Source: Octopus vulgaris (taxonomy: Eukaryota). Taken from it: 64,000 nt of DNA. This document shows, one piece after another, positions 26,362-40,914 of this stretch. The notes beneath the pieces are model-generated. The model was not told the DNA's origin, searched no databases, and saw only the letters and a list, made by a program, of their open reading frames with translations. The first letter of the stretch is position 1. The number at the start of each line of letters is the position of its first letter. The stretch spans positions 41,602,001 to 41,666,000 of the forward strand of contig OX597831.1 of assembly GCA_951406725.2 (NCBI GenBank). Direction: 5' to 3'. The translations under genes were made by a program, and so were the position numbers.

Positions 26362-26399
<38 letters not shown>

Positions 26400-26426
26400 T
26401 ATACATGTATATATATTAATGGTCAT

Positions 26427-26502
<76 letters not shown>

Positions 26503-27174
26503 ACAGGACGTCACCAACTGTGTAAACAACATGAAATACATAAACAAACAAGTTAAATATGTAAACAACGAGAGATAAAAAGGGAAAATAGGATAAGTGA
26601 ACACAGAGTAACGATCTTTCATACCCGCATGACCTCCCTCCCCGTCTCTTTGTTAGTGTAGAATTGTTGCTAACCTGGTTCTACTTTCTGCCCCCTAAAA
26701 TTTCTGACCGGAACTAGAGCAGTCCCATAATTCTTGAGTTAGCCAGCTGAAATGTTGGAATAGCTTGGCGATAAGTTTGAATTTTTTTTATCCAAAACAT
26801 CTGTTTTCACTGTTATATTTTTGGAGTGTTCTGAAAACAAAAATATAATCTATATTATATTTCTTATTTCAGAAGTAGCGAATTAATCTTAAATTGATTT
26901 AACTAAGGGTATTTTTCCGTTTTGTTGAAATTGACTTACAATTTACGCAGACGCTTACACGTGTATTCTTATATAAGAGCAGCCTTTTTCGAAATGAGTG
27001 AAATGTGTGTTATAAACGATATTTTGAGAAATAGTTTTTCGAAAAGAGACTTCGATGGAAAATAATTAATTATAAATGGTGGGAGACTAACACCGAATTT
27101 ACCTAATTTGCGAAGCTACAACAAATTCACGAGACAATTTCAGGTTAATTTGTATGTTTTTTTTTTTTTTTTTT

Positions 27175-27386
27175 CACTTGTTCCTGTCATTTCACTGCGG
27201 CCATGCTGGAGCACCGCCTTTAGTCGTGCAAATCGACCCCAGAGCTTATTCTGTGTAAGCCTAGTACATATTCTATCGGTCTCTTTTGCCGAACCGCTAC
27301 GTTACGGGGACGTAAACACACCAGCATCGGTTGTCAAGCGATGTTGGGGGGGCACAAACACAGACACACAGACATACACACACACT

Positions 27387-27425
<39 letters not shown>

Positions 27426-27563
27426 GTATATACGACGGGCTTCTTTCAGTTTCCGTCTACCAAATCCACTCACAAGGCTTTGGTCGGCCCGAGGCTATAG
27501 TAGAAGACACTTGGCCAAGGTGCCACGCAGTGGGAATGAACCCGGAACCATGTGGTTGGTAAG
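27175..27563 (-). mobile_element. Family A SINE
   Basis: Reverse complement of the family consensus. Confidence 0.9.
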
Positions 27564-27883
27564 CACTCCTGCAAAGTTCTTGAAACTTCTAGAAAGTTCT
27601 ATAAAATTCTGCTTTAGTAACTCTGCGCTGAATTTATCTGAAATGTAATGGAAAATAGGTCAGCTTCAAAACATTGATGTCCGGGTCACTTAAATAAAGT
27701 TTGAATGGAATAGTTGTCGTTTCGTTTGGTTTCTAGGTAGAACGGAATAGGAAATAACACTTACTGACCAAAGACAAAAAAAACCCTACTCCGTGTAATG
27801 CTCTATGACTAAAAATAAAGGTGATTGTCAAGGCTGGGATGCTTGTTATCCTGGGTTTGTTTGATCTGGACTGGCTTGGGGTT

Positions 27884-28805
27884 GAAGAAGAAGAAAAAGA
27901 AGAAGACGACAACGACGACGACGAAGAAGAAGAAGAAGGAGAAGAAGACGATGACGACGACGACAAGAAGAAGAAGAAGACGAGGACGACGACGACGAAG
28001 AAGAAGAAGAAGAAGGAGAAGTAGAAAAAGAAGTAGAAGTATAAGAAGAAGAAGGAGAAGAAGAAAAAGAAGACGATGACGACGAAGGAGAAGAAAAAAA
28101 AGAAGAAGAAGGAGAAGAAAAAGAAGACGACAACGAAGGAGAAGAAAAAGAAGACGACAACGAAGGAGAAGAAAAAGAAGAAGAAGAAGAAGGAGAAGAA
28201 GAAGAAGAAGAAGAAGACGATGACGACGGAGAAGAAGAAGAAGAAGAAGAAGAAGAAGAAGACGATGACGACGGAGAAGAAGAAGAAGAAGAAGAAGAAG
28301 AAGAAGAAGAAGAAGAAGAAGAAGACGATGACGACGGAGAAGAAGAAAAAGGAGAAGAAGACGACGACGACGACGACGAAGGAGAAGAAAAGGAAGACGA
28401 CGACGACGAAGGAGAAGAAGAAAAAGAAGAAGAAGAAGAAGGAGAAGAAGAAGAAGGAGAAAAAGAAGAAGGAGAAGAAGAAGAAGACGACAATGATGTA
28501 GAAGAAGAAGAAGAAGAAGAAGAAGAAGAAGAAGAAGAAGAAGAAGAAGAAGAAGAAGGAGAAGACGACGACTAAGGAGAAGAAAAAGAAGAAGAAGAAG
28601 GAGAAGAAGAAAAAGAAGACGGCGACGACAAAGGAGAAGAAGAAGAAGAAAAAGAAGAAGAAGAAGAAAAAGAAGAAGGAGAAGAAGAAAAAGAAAAAGA
28701 AGACGACGACGACGAAGAAGAAGAAGAAGAAGAAGAAGAAGAAGAAGAAGAAGAAGAAGAAGAAGAAGAAGAAGAAGAAGAAGACGACGACGACGACGAA
28801 GAAAA
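27884..28805. repeat. Long compound (GAA)/(GAC)/(GGA) trinucleotide tract
   Basis: Seen directly; about 920 bp, strongly purine-rich on the plus strand. Confidence 0.95.
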
Positions 28806-29068
28806 AGCAATTAAGTTCCATTATCACCAGATGTATTCTGAATTTGTTGTTGATAAGATGTAAGCATTGGTGATGCTTATATTGTGAGGAAACATGAAGC
28901 CGAGAAATGTTCTCGAATGGGAGTTGGTGGTAGGCGGTGCGTTCCTGACACACATGATGTTATCAGCAGCAATTGAAATGAAATACCATTGATAAAAATG
29001 TATTGCTTTCATTTCAAATGCACAAACATACACTCATATATTCATATACATGCAGCCATACACACGCA

Positions 29069-29650
<582 letters not shown>

Positions 29651-30530
29651 TACAGAGTGCGGTGAATATACTGCCGTCTAAATTACGCAAAAATGGACAA
29701 AAAAAAACACTGAGATCTCATTTTAACAGATATATTTTCCGAAATTACATAAAAATATTTTGAAATACTAAAGAGTAAATTCATTCAATAAAATCGCCGT
29801 TGGCTTCAACCACGGTCTCTAGAGGACTTCGGCATCTCCTGCAACTCTTCTGGACGGTTTCCCTATTTAAGTTGGTGAATGCTGCCATAATCCTTGCCTT
29901 CAGTTCGTCTTTGGTGTTACAAGGAGTTTTGTTAGTCTCTCGCTCAACTGCATCTCACACATAATAATCAAGGGGCTTGCAGTCTGGGGAGTTAGGTGAC
30001 CAAATGTTAGGGTTGATGTGGTCGCAGAATTTGTCTGAAAGCCATGGCTTGGTTCTCCTGCTTGTGTGGCATGGTGCAGAGTCCTGTTGCCAGGCATAGG
30101 TCTTTCAGCAGCCACCCTCTTGACCCAAGGCAGCACTACCTCATCCAGGCACTTGATATAGGCCTCCGGTTGAGTCTGAGACCGTGTGGGACGATGAATG
30201 GAGACATAACGTCACCATCACTAGTGGTCACTCCAAACACCATGATGTTGACTGGATGTTTGATTTTTTATCACTCTCGGTACATGTTCTCAGATTGCAC
30301 TGTCCTCAAATTGACACCCAAACACTTTGAAATGTTCGTATTGGAGCTTCCGGCGCGAATGCCAAGCGGTGCAGCATGTCGTTTCCAAATTTCTGACAGA
30401 GTGAATTGCGTCATGGCGCTGTTTTTCTTACAAGCGGTGCCCAACTGACCCTACTATACTGTGTAGTCGACAAAATCAAAAGCAAACAGTGCGCATGCGC
30501 AAAATTAAAAACAGAAAATGGCGTTCCCTT
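29651..30530 (-). mobile_element. Deleted DD37D (maT-type) transposon
   Basis: KHPVNIMVFGVVTSDG and WQQDSAPCHTS...WSPNSPDCKPLDYY (37 residues between the two D), ending ANGDFIE*. One tacagagtgcgg end is visible. Confidence 0.85.
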
Positions 30531-30593
30531 CATCACATTTCGCGGTAATCACATTCCGTTAAAATAGCTTATTGATGGTTTTGTTTCTCTTTT

Positions 30594-30678
30594 TTCCCTG
30601 ATGAGATGATTATATTGTTTTACATCATTTTATTCCCTCGGGAATGATACCAATGTTTTTTCGGAAGATATGTCGGAA
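30594..30678 (+). ncRNA. Decayed hammerhead motif
   Basis: ttcc CTGATGA ga...tc ggaagatatGTC ggaa, two changes from GAAAC-ATAT-GTC. Stem I ttcc/ggaa. Confidence 0.4.
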
Positions 30679-30733
30679 GTATAAAGATTTGAATAACACC
30701 TGCGTTTAACTCCATTTCTTAATCTATCTATCA

Positions 30734-30820
<87 letters not shown>

Positions 30821-30826
30821 AATAAA

Positions 30827-31127
30827 AGGCGGTGAGTTGGGAGAAACGTTTGCACGCTGGGAGAAATGTTTAGCGGTATTTCGTCTGCCGTTACGTTCTG
30901 AGTTCACATTCCGCCAAACACAGACACACAAACATATACACACACATACACATATATATATACGATGAGCTTATTTCAGTTTCCGTCTACCAAATCCACT
31001 CACAAGGCTTTGGTCGGCCCGAGGCTATAGTAGAAGACACTTGCCCAAGGTGCCACGCAGTGAGAATGAACCCGGAACCATGTGGTTGGTAATCAAGCTA
31101 CTTACCACACAGCCATCCCTGCGCCTA
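30827..31127. mobile_element. Family B head (+) fused to a family A 5' half (-)
   Basis: B head 30827-30915 abuts A sequence 30915-31127 in opposite orientation. Confidence 0.75.
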
Positions 31128-31185
31128 TGTACATGGTATTCATTGATCTGATGAAAGCATTTGATACTGTGAATAGGGATGAAGT
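31127..31185 (+). pseudogene. Tiny LINE reverse transcriptase fragment
   Basis: YMVFIDLMKAFDTVNRD matches the non-LTR RT DxxKAFD motif. Confidence 0.65.
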
Positions 31186-31531
31186 GGGCAATTGTCCCGG
31201 CCCCCTCGATATCGGAGGCCTCTGCTACGAAGGGTATGGAGCACTTAATACAATCTCGCAAGCAGAGGTCCTCTTTCAATATGCAAACATATCTTGAAAA
31301 AAATAATGGCTCGTCTTTTTTGATAAATAACTATAGATTTCTCCACATTAGCGACGCCAATTCATTCAATTAAAAAAAAACAGTTTGCCACCCAGTCCCA
31401 AAAGCTGCTACAAATATTTCCCTTGCAAATTAATTAATTGTAGCTGCTTTTGAGACAATGACAGTAAAAAGGGATAATGACAAAACACTTCTAAATATGT
31501 ATGCATCTGTGAGTGAGTGTGTGTGTGTATT

Positions 31532-31577
<46 letters not shown>

Positions 31578-32477
31578 GGGGGCAGTATGAATCTATATAA
31601 AGATAAAGAGATTGATAGAAAGAAGTTATTTTTTGTCTCTAGTTCAAATTTCTTCTTTCAACGCACGACCGAGCAGTAACCTTGGATTAACCACTGGCAA
31701 TTAAACACACACACACACACACACACACGTATTGCCACCTGTAAACTTAATTATTTCAGTGAGGCATTGAAAACTGGTCTTATTTTACGAAAGAGTATGT
31801 AAGTAATAATATGTTCCAAAATATAAATTTTGAATTTAATTTTAATTACAAAATTAAATATTTCAACAAATCAAAGCATTTTTGGGACTTTAGAATTTAC
31901 TGCATTTATGTTCACGTACTTTTCATTAAATCGAATATTTTTCCTTTTTTTTCCTTTCAATATTTTTCGTCATTTTGTCCAATACTTGAAACTACTATAG
32001 GGGGAGTGGGCGAAATTAATAACTGGGGCAAAATGAGTAATTACTAATTTCTCGTTATCTTCTCCCTTTTTGTTTGAAACCATTACATTACAAGTATTGC
32101 GTCGCCATTTTGTACTGTTGCATCGTCTTTGGGAACAAACATTGGTAACCATAGTTGTTACAGTTGAGAGAGTTTGAACATTATCAGGTAACAGGTGCTT
32201 TTTTTTCAAGAAAATTTTCCTCAACTTTGACTCGATAAGGTTACTAATAAAATATCTAGATAATTTTTGGTGTTTAACAATAAATATTCTTTTACCTGTT
32301 GGACTGTACATCAATTTTTTTCTCACACATTAATGTCCAATTTGATAAGGTCTAAATTGGGGCAAAATGAGTAACGACTAATTTCAATAATTCCTTCTTT
32401 TTTACTGTATGGTGCATAAATGTACCAGGGAGAGAGCCAGGTGGAATTCTGCTTTAAGCACCCCATATAACACTTCA

Positions 32478-33340
32478 TAACTTGAGAATATTTGAGTCTC
32501 AACGTAGCCAACGAATAGGTTCGCATAGTTGGGGTCCATTCTCGTTCCCATGGCCACTCCTGAGACTGCTGGTAAAAATCACCCGCGAACGAGAAGCAGT
32601 TAAGTGAGAGGACAAGTTCAGCCAGACGAAGGAGTGTGGATGTGTTAGGTAGGGGTTTGGGTCGAAGGTCAAGGAAATGTTGGAGTGCATGCAGCCCCTC
32701 GTGGTGAAGGATCATCGTGTATAGACTCTTGATGTCAAGAGTGAAGAGAAGTTTAGAGGGGCCAGGAGGAAAGGAGAAAGAGTTGAACAAACGAAGAGCA
32801 TAGTTGGTGACATGGATGTGAGAGGGGAGGGAAGCCACTAGAGAGGCCAAGGACACGGCCAAGATATCTGGAGATAAGTTCAGTGGGGTAGGCGGAACGA
32901 TGGGGCGGCCAGGGTTGTTAGGTTTGCTGATTTTGGGGAGGAAGTCAATTGTGGGAGTCCGAGGGGTGCGTACAATGAGGTTAGAGACGGTGGGGGAGAC
33001 GGGAGGAGGGGATGAGGTCATGGATAGTGGAGGACACAGTCTGTTAGTAGCTGGGCGTGGGGTTGGAGATCACACCACTACGGCTCCACCCTTGTCAACC
33101 GGTTTTATGATGATGTCTGTGCCGCGTCGGAGACATAGAAGGGCCGACAGTTCGGCTGGGGAGATGTTCAGATGTCGGGGACGTTTGGAAGAGTCAAACC
33201 GATCCACAGCATGTTGGCAGACGCCCGCAAAAAGCTCGACTACTTGGAATTGGCCAGGAGCTGGCGTCCACTGAGTTGGTCGACGGCCCAGGTCGGTGAA
33301 GCAATCCTCCTCATTAGATGCAGGTGGAGTGTCGCGAGAG
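32478..33340 (-). pseudogene. Penelope-like RT fragment (second family)
   Basis: IIIKPVDKGGAVVV, FLPKISKPNNPGRPIV, LFTLDIKSLYT, LNCFSFAGDFYQQ, GVAMGTRM.PNYANLFVGY. Confidence 0.9.
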
Positions 33341-33700
33341 AAAGAGAGAGAGAGACAGAGAGAATGAGGGGAAGATAACCCTGAGTAGATAAGAAAGCCA
33401 TAGCTTTAGGGACTGATTTGCAATCGCAGATCACTGGTCACAGTATATATAGTTGTAGGAACTCGTAAGGAGTGGTAAGAGATGAACTTTTAGTTCAAAT
33501 ATGTTCGTTATTTCTCTACGGTATCTCCTACTGAGAAAGGGTAAGGGGTCAGAAACATATATAGGTGTGTGACAGGGGGAGAATTTGAGGAGGTATAGTG
33601 TTTTAATGCTTTTTACTATAAGTGTGAACGTTTTAGCCACAGTAAACTGCAGTGAAACTGTCTTTAGAAGTTCAAATATGTTTGTGACATATTTTAACTA

Positions 33701-34077
33701 GGCGCGGGAGTGGCTGTGTGGTAAGTAACCTGCTTACCAACCACATGGTTCCGGGTTCAGTCCCACTGCGTGGCACCTTGGGCAAGTGTCTTCTACTATA
33801 GCCCTCAGGCCGACCAAAGCCTTGTGAGTGGATTTGGTAGACGGAAACTGAAAGAATCCCGTCGTATATATATATATATATGTATGCATGTGTGTGTCCC
33901 GAACTTCACTTGACAACCGATGCTGATGTGTTTACGTCCACGTAACTTAGCGGTTCGGCAAAAGAGACCGATAGAATAAGTACTAGGCTTAGAAAGAATA
34001 AGTCCTGGGGTCGATTTGCTCGACTAAATACGGTGTCCAGCATGGCACCGTCAAATGACTGAAGCAAGTAAAAGTGT
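33701..34077 (+). mobile_element. Family A SINE
   Basis: Matches the family consensus. Confidence 0.9.
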
Positions 34078-34099
34078 AAAAGGATATATATACACACAC

Positions 34100-34149
<50 letters not shown>

Positions 34150-34236
34150 GTATGTATATATATTATGTGTGTGTATGTACATATACATGTATATATATCA
34201 AATTACGAATTAAAAGCACTTCTAGTAGTGTAAACG

Positions 34237-34607
34237 TTATCGGTCGTACATACACAGTGTGTGCATGTGTTTTGCTTAAACGCCCATTTGCTGCGGGATA
34301 GCGTCCGGGGAAAGCTCCCTACACGACACTAAGTGTTCAAACAGACTTCACTCTATTTGCACATAAGTTTCAGGCCAATGATTCATTTCGTTTCCTGATG
34401 ATCCGAATACACGTTATTGAGCAGCCAAAATAATGACGAAATATCGATATCTATAATTTTCGATCCTTTAGGGGCGAGTTGTCTCGCCTGGTTTGGGTCA
34501 CTCATTGTTCTGAAAACACTCGTCATCGCGAAGTGAGCTTTCCCCCGACGATATCACGCAGCAGCTGGGTGTTTAAACAAAATACACAATGTATGCGTGA
34601 CTGATAA
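34237..34607. mobile_element. MITE-like element with long imperfect terminal inverted repeats
   Basis: ttaaacgcccatttgctgcgggatagcgtccggggaaagctc pairs imperfectly with gagctttcccccgacgatatcacgcagcagctgggtgtttaa. Confidence 0.7.
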
Positions 34608-34771
34608 TATATCTATATCATGGTTTCTCCTGTCGTGAGAGTACTACAATTTCTTGCTAAGCAACCACACATGATTTGTTTATAATGATCCAATGTTTGT
34701 GTTCACATAAACTCATTCCCGCCATCAAATCGACATTACCTGTACAGGTAAACGACGTTCTACGCACACAC

Positions 34772-34809
<38 letters not shown>

Positions 34810-34895
34810 GATATTTCAGTTGTCTATATTTGTGCTGACGTTTCGGTAGCTATTTGCAGTTAAGTACGTATGAACGGAAAATATAATAATATATA

Positions 34896-34983
<88 letters not shown>

Positions 34984-35210
34984 GAGTGAAATAATTGACC
35001 TTCCACTCCATTGCAAGCAAGCATAATAACTAGTTACACATTTGACAATCATGAATTAAGGTTATTTATAATGAAACTACTACAGAAATATCTTGAATGT
35101 TCTGGATGCCTTCTGGTGTGCAAGCACTCCGGAGGTCTTTTGTTTTCAATGACAACTTACCAGAGCTCAGAACTACTATAAGATTTTATTGATTGCAATA
35201 AATGTTGACA

Positions 35211-35308
<98 letters not shown>

Positions 35309-35643
35309 TATCTCTCTATCTCTCTCTCTCTCTGCATTGGCGGTTTAGCACTATTGTACTACCAAATGTGAAATTACTCCCTTAAAACGCGATACCTGCA
35401 CTTAAAAATGCCAGGGGTTCGATTTCTGAATGATGATCTGTTATAACGCAATTTTGGCATTATATCCACCTTCTCCTTCTCATAGTCGTCGTTGTTGCCA
35501 TCATTGCCTAACGTCTGTTTCAATGCTGGGTTAAATGGTTTAACAAGATCTGGCTAGCTACAGGGCTGCATCATGCCTCAATGTCAGTTTTGGCATGAAT
35601 CTTACGGCTAAATGCCCTTCCTAATGCCAACCTGTTTACAGTG

Positions 35644-35691
<48 letters not shown>

Positions 35692-35737
35692 CACACATAT
35701 ACATGTATGTATATATACACATATATATGTATGTATG

Positions 35738-35794
<57 letters not shown>

Positions 35795-36233
35795 ATATAT
35801 ATATATATATGCATACATACATTTATAGAGGTAGATTAGATAGATTTGATTAAAGGCGATCCATTAGGGATCAGGGCATATCAAAGTGAAACCCGCGACA
35901 ATTGATGGCCAGGTGGAATGTCGCTAATTAGGCAGTTATGTAATCCATTACCATAGTGCGGAATGCATATGTGAAGGAAAGTCCACTATTTATAAATCCG
36001 CAACTCCAATAGTATCCAAAAATGAATGGAATCTTAAGTGTGTTGTAAAAATTAAAATATAAACAGGTTATATTTGGAAACCCCAGGAAAGGGTTATCGG
36101 CTACGGCTACAATTGTTTCATTAACATTTTGTATTGTGACGGAAACACGGTGCAATCAGGTGAATTGTGTGCACAGCATCCATAAAAATATGTTATACAT
36201 TACTTAACTTTCAACTCAAGTTTACCCAATATA

Positions 36234-36308
36234 CACGCCTTCCAACCTGAGAAATCGGATCCCCGCTCTTTGTTCTTCTTTGGTGCACATTGCTAGTGGA
36301 GCGGCCAT
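36234..36308 (-). pseudogene. Mariner transposase N-terminal remnant
   Basis: [25 protein letters not shown] resembles the mariner HTH start (EQRxVIRFL). Confidence 0.65.
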
Positions 36309-36390
36309 GCTTACACTGCGATCAGGCTCAAACTTCGATCATGTGACCACAATAGTACCAGCTGTAAGCTGTGTGTGTGTGTGCGTGAGA

Positions 36391-36458
<68 letters not shown>

Positions 36459-36564
36459 GTATATATATATGTATATATATATGTATATATATATATATAT
36501 GTATATATATATGTGTGTGTGTGTATATATATATATATACATGTATATATATATATGTGTGTGT

Positions 36565-36626
<62 letters not shown>

Positions 36627-36627
36627 G

Positions 36628-36664
<37 letters not shown>

Positions 36665-36693
36665 GTGTGTGTGTGTGTATGTGTGTGTATATA

Positions 36694-36729
<36 letters not shown>

Positions 36730-37026
36730 TGTATTAGAGTTTGTACATATGTAAGCATGTATGTACGTAGCTGTGTAAGTGTGTAGAAATGTATGTCTCT
36801 AGCTGTGGAAGTGTAAGTAACAGCGACAGGTGATTATTTTATTCTCAATGACCTGCTACGCATTTATTAAATCAGGGAGCACAGAGACAGCAAATGAGTG
36901 TGTGTGTGTGTGTGTGTGTATGTGTACATGTGCGTGTGTGTGTGCACATGCGCGTCCATGTGCATGTGTAGTGCACGTGTGCGTGAGTGCATGTGTGTGC
37001 ACATGCGTGCATGTGTGTGCCTGTGT

Positions 37027-37400
37027 CTAATGTGTCCTATAGGCATAGTCTATCTAGGACTACGTTATCTAATGTGTTCACTAGGCACAGCCTACCTAGG
37101 ACTACCTTACCTAACGTCTCCTTTAAACATAGCCTGTCTAGAACTATCTTACCCAATGTGTCTTTTGGACATAGCCTACCAAGGACTACATTATTTAATG
37201 TGTTCTTTAGGCATAGCCTACCTAGAACTAAATTACCGAATGTGTCTTTTAGACACAACCTATCAAAGACTACATTATCTAGTGTCTTTTAGACATAGCC
37301 TACCAAGGACAACATAATCTAATTTGTCTTTGAGGCATAGTGTATCAAGGACTGCATTATCTAACGTGTTCCTTTGATATCATTACCTAGGACTGCATTG
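37027..37400 (-). repeat. 42-bp minisatellite, reverse complement of the 21445-22090 array
   Basis: Unit approximately tgtgtcttttaggcatagcctacctaggactacattatctaa; about 9 copies. Confidence 0.85.
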
Positions 37401-38149
37401 TCTATCCAAAGCTCAATTCAGGCCGAGTGTACCTGTGTCTGAAGAGAATATGAAGTACCAAGATAAAATACGTAGCTAGTTATTTCCTCTATGCAAGAGT
37501 GATAAGTAATGTGTGTGAAACAATCCATTCTTCGCATAACATATCTGGGATAACATTATGTGGTCTGTCATTAAAAACTAATATATCTAGGGTACATACG
37601 TACCCGTTCTGTTTTTTCATTCATAGGATGGATAGATAACCTTTCTTTACCGCGTAAATTACCCTACCACTGCTACCATCATCATCATCATCATCATCAT
37701 AATGATCATCACTCTTTTATTGCTTGTTTTTTTTCGTGTTATCTGAAGCAGAAGGCATCTGTTACGTGATATAGCATCCGCCGCCACACCACTGCCCCAC
37801 CCCCGTTATCACCATTACTGCCAGTAATAACGGCAGCAGCAGCACCACCACCACCACCACCACAATACAGACCATACTTTTAACGTGATATTTTATTATA
37901 CTGCTGCCACCCGCCTCCACCATCACCGTCACCATAATAGACGGCATTTCACTAATATGAGATCAATGTCATCATCATCATTATCATCATAATCATCATC
38001 AACATCCTCATCATCATCCTCATCATCACCATTATCATTATCATCACCATCGTTGTCATCATCATTGTCATCATTTATACCAACTCTACTACTACTGTTA
38101 TCAACATAATTATCATTACCACCACCACCATCATCAACGCGTTAGTACT

Positions 38150-38510
38150 TGAAAAGTATCATAAAACCATTCCATTAGTTCTTCCATTCCCTTGAGTTTG
38201 CTCTCAACGAATCTTTGTTTCAGTTGGTTCATGTGTCTCTTGTATACGCCTTTTCTACTTTTTACCAAGTATAGCATTTTTCCTATGCGTTTGGTAATCA
38301 CGCCATCTTCCCAACTCTGCTTTCCGTTCTTATATGTCCTCACAAATGTCTTTTGAAAAATCTTGATGTATTTTCCTTTGCAATTTTTCTTTTCTTGCCC
38401 GGTAGCAATTTGTCGAAGACTGATTTTACTTTCCTTGCAAATATCAGCTCCGCTGGTGACACATCTGCTGGTGTATTTGGATTTGGTGTCACACGCTATA
38501 CTCTACACTC
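38150..38510 (-). pseudogene. Gypsy-type LTR retrotransposon integrase C-terminal remnant
   Basis: RVTPNPNTP..SPAELIFARKVKSVFDKLLP...SWEDGVITKRIGKMLYLV...KRHMNQLK. Confidence 0.8.
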
Positions 38511-38566
38511 ACTCCCACCCTTCACACGCATACAGAGACTACACACTTCATTTACAACAGTGTCTT

Positions 38567-38730
38567 TACGGGGATCGCTAAAAAGTTCCTGGTTTTAAGG
38601 GTATCGCGGAAAGCCTGACTGGAGGCCCAATCTTCCAATTTTTTTTACAGGGCTTAGAAAAACTGAAGGACTGGTGCAATAAGTGTGTGAATCTGAAAGG
38701 GGAATACGTTGAATAAAATCGTAATTAACT
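38567..38730 (+). mobile_element. Mariner deletion derivative
   Basis: TIR-like tacgggga..taaaaagttcc followed by the transposase end CNKCVNLKGEYVE*. Confidence 0.65.
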
Positions 38731-38956
38731 AATCCTCCTATATTATTTCCTTTTATTTTACATTATGTTATACAGCATATTTTTATGGTTACGACGACCT
38801 ACACGTTTTGCACTGCACAGAATATGAGGAGTTGCATATGCAACATCCTCAAAATTTATTTCCTTTTATTCTATGGTATATCATGCAGCATAATTTTATG
38901 GTTATGACGACCTACAAGTATTTCAGCTGCATTTATTATATATACAATTGCATATA

Positions 38957-39188
38957 TATTTCTTTACTGCCCACAAGGGGCTAAACATAGAGGGGACGAA
39001 CAAGGACAGACAAAGGGATTAAGTCGATTACATCGACCCCAGTGCGTAACTGGTACTTTATTTATCGACCCCGAAAGGATGAAAAGCAAAGTCAACCCCG
39101 GCGGAATTTGAACTCAGAACGTAACGGCAGACGAAATACAGCTACGCATTTATCCCGGCGTGCTAACGTTTCTGCCAGTTCGTCGCCT
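38957..39188 (-). mobile_element. Family B SINE, full length
   Basis: Head ggcgacgaactggcagaaacgttagc; tail gccccttgtgggcagtaaagaaata. Confidence 0.9.
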
Positions 39189-39249
39189 TTAGTTGCATAT
39201 GCAACCGGGTATAATTTTCTGTACAGCTTCGTTCAGGGTTTTTCAATCA

Positions 39250-39435
39250 GCTTGGCTCGGAGCGAACTAGAAAGATACAGAAAAAGTTAGTCAAGCTCTT
39301 TAAAGGCATAGAGTTATTCATCTCAACAGAAGATGAATACACCGTTGTCAACTTCTTAGATATCACATTAGATCTAAGTGCTGGCTTATTCAAACCATAC
39401 CACAAAGCTAACGACAACCTAAAATACATAAACTC
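39250..39435 (+). pseudogene. Penelope-like RT C-terminal fragment
   Basis: ELERYRKKLVKLFK...VVNFLDITLDL...FKPYHKANDNLKYIN. Confidence 0.75.
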
Positions 39436-40838
39436 CAGAAATTGCTCACATCGTAACGGTAAATAAAAGCTAATGCAAATATGATCTATATTTTTCTGTC
39501 ATTTATTCTTGGGACTATAAATTAACCAACACGCAGCTTTCTCTACTAACCAAGCTTCATACCAATCATAGCCATAACGTCCTGATAACACAAATAACAC
39601 TTATAGCGACAATTCAGCAGTTACATCTGGTAAAACCAGATGCTTCTCATAAGCTTAATTTGACCATTACATTTGGTGACCCCGGGAGAAAACAAACCAC
39701 GCAGATCCGTACAATTGATAAAGAAACGAACTGTACAGCCCTGATACATTTGGAGACAGCAACCTAACAACGCAACACTGATACAGCTATTACAATTGGT
39801 AATTCCTAGAAGACATAGACCACGCAGTCCTTTGTAAGCATATTTAGGGTAGACACATTCGACCTCACCTGTTTCACTGAAACAAATAGCCGCAAAATAC
39901 GAGCAAAACAAAAACCTGTTCTCAGTATTTAAGGAAGCTGACAAATGCAAACAAGAAATCATACTACCTAACAAATATGAAGAAGAAACAACAAAAGCTA
40001 TAAAACAATTGAAAACCAAACTTGTATTTACATTTCGTTAAACACGCTAGAGAGCATCGCTTTCTTCTGTCACCACCTTCCTCTTCGGGCAGAACACAAG
40101 ACGATTCTATAAATATAAATAAATAATCTCTTTCGCCAGGCTGAAATTTAGTAGGAGGGACAATATAAACGATGAAAAAACCCCATCAAGACACTGTTCC
40201 AGCATGGCCGCAGTTCATTTAATGAAACTTCTCAAATGGTACAGTATAATTAGCGCTTGTATTATTTCCCAAAAATATGTTCTTTGTAAGGAGCTGGAAT
40301 TCGTTTAATGTCGCCAAAGCATTTTTCAGTTAATTAGGATAAAGTTTTGCTTATTTTATTGCAATTCTGAGTGTCGTTTGACAGCTGGAATGTGAATCAC
40401 TTACGCAAGGTAAAAGTGAAAGGAACATAACGATTAAATATTGAAACCAAAAATAGCGGGAGAATGTAAAAATATATGAATCATGGACATATTAGACGCG
40501 CTACAATTTCAATAGCGCATATTCAGCGAGGAAAAGTGGTTTGGGGGCGTTAAAGCGTGTAAGATTCAAAGCAATCTAATAGTATATTTACCACAACACT
40601 AATTCATAAACATTACAAAAGTACTTTAGCTATGAAAGAAAATATCACTTTATGTAAAAAAAAAAAAATAGTAGTGCAGCTGAATTTAGAGCAAATGACC
40701 CGTAGTGAAAATGTTATTATGACAATTCCGCAAGTTATAATAATTGATCCTTTCTTATTTTGATACAAGACCAGCGAATTTTAGGGACGGGGAAGTCAAT
40801 TACATCAACCCCAGTGCTCAAACTGGAACTCATGTCAT

Positions 40839-40911
<73 letters not shown>

Positions 40912-40914
<3 letters not shown>

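Noticed and set aside
27733-28953. 406-aa poly-F, poly-L/R and poly-K/E ORFs
   Set aside because: Frames of the GAA/GAC tract; no domain or splice context.
34394-34451. CTGATGA...GAAAtatcgatatc as a hammerhead
   Set aside because: No stem I or stem II pairing; lies inside a MITE.
36898-37317. 14-aa repeat protein ORFs
   Set aside because: Minisatellite translation; the sister array has stops and indels.
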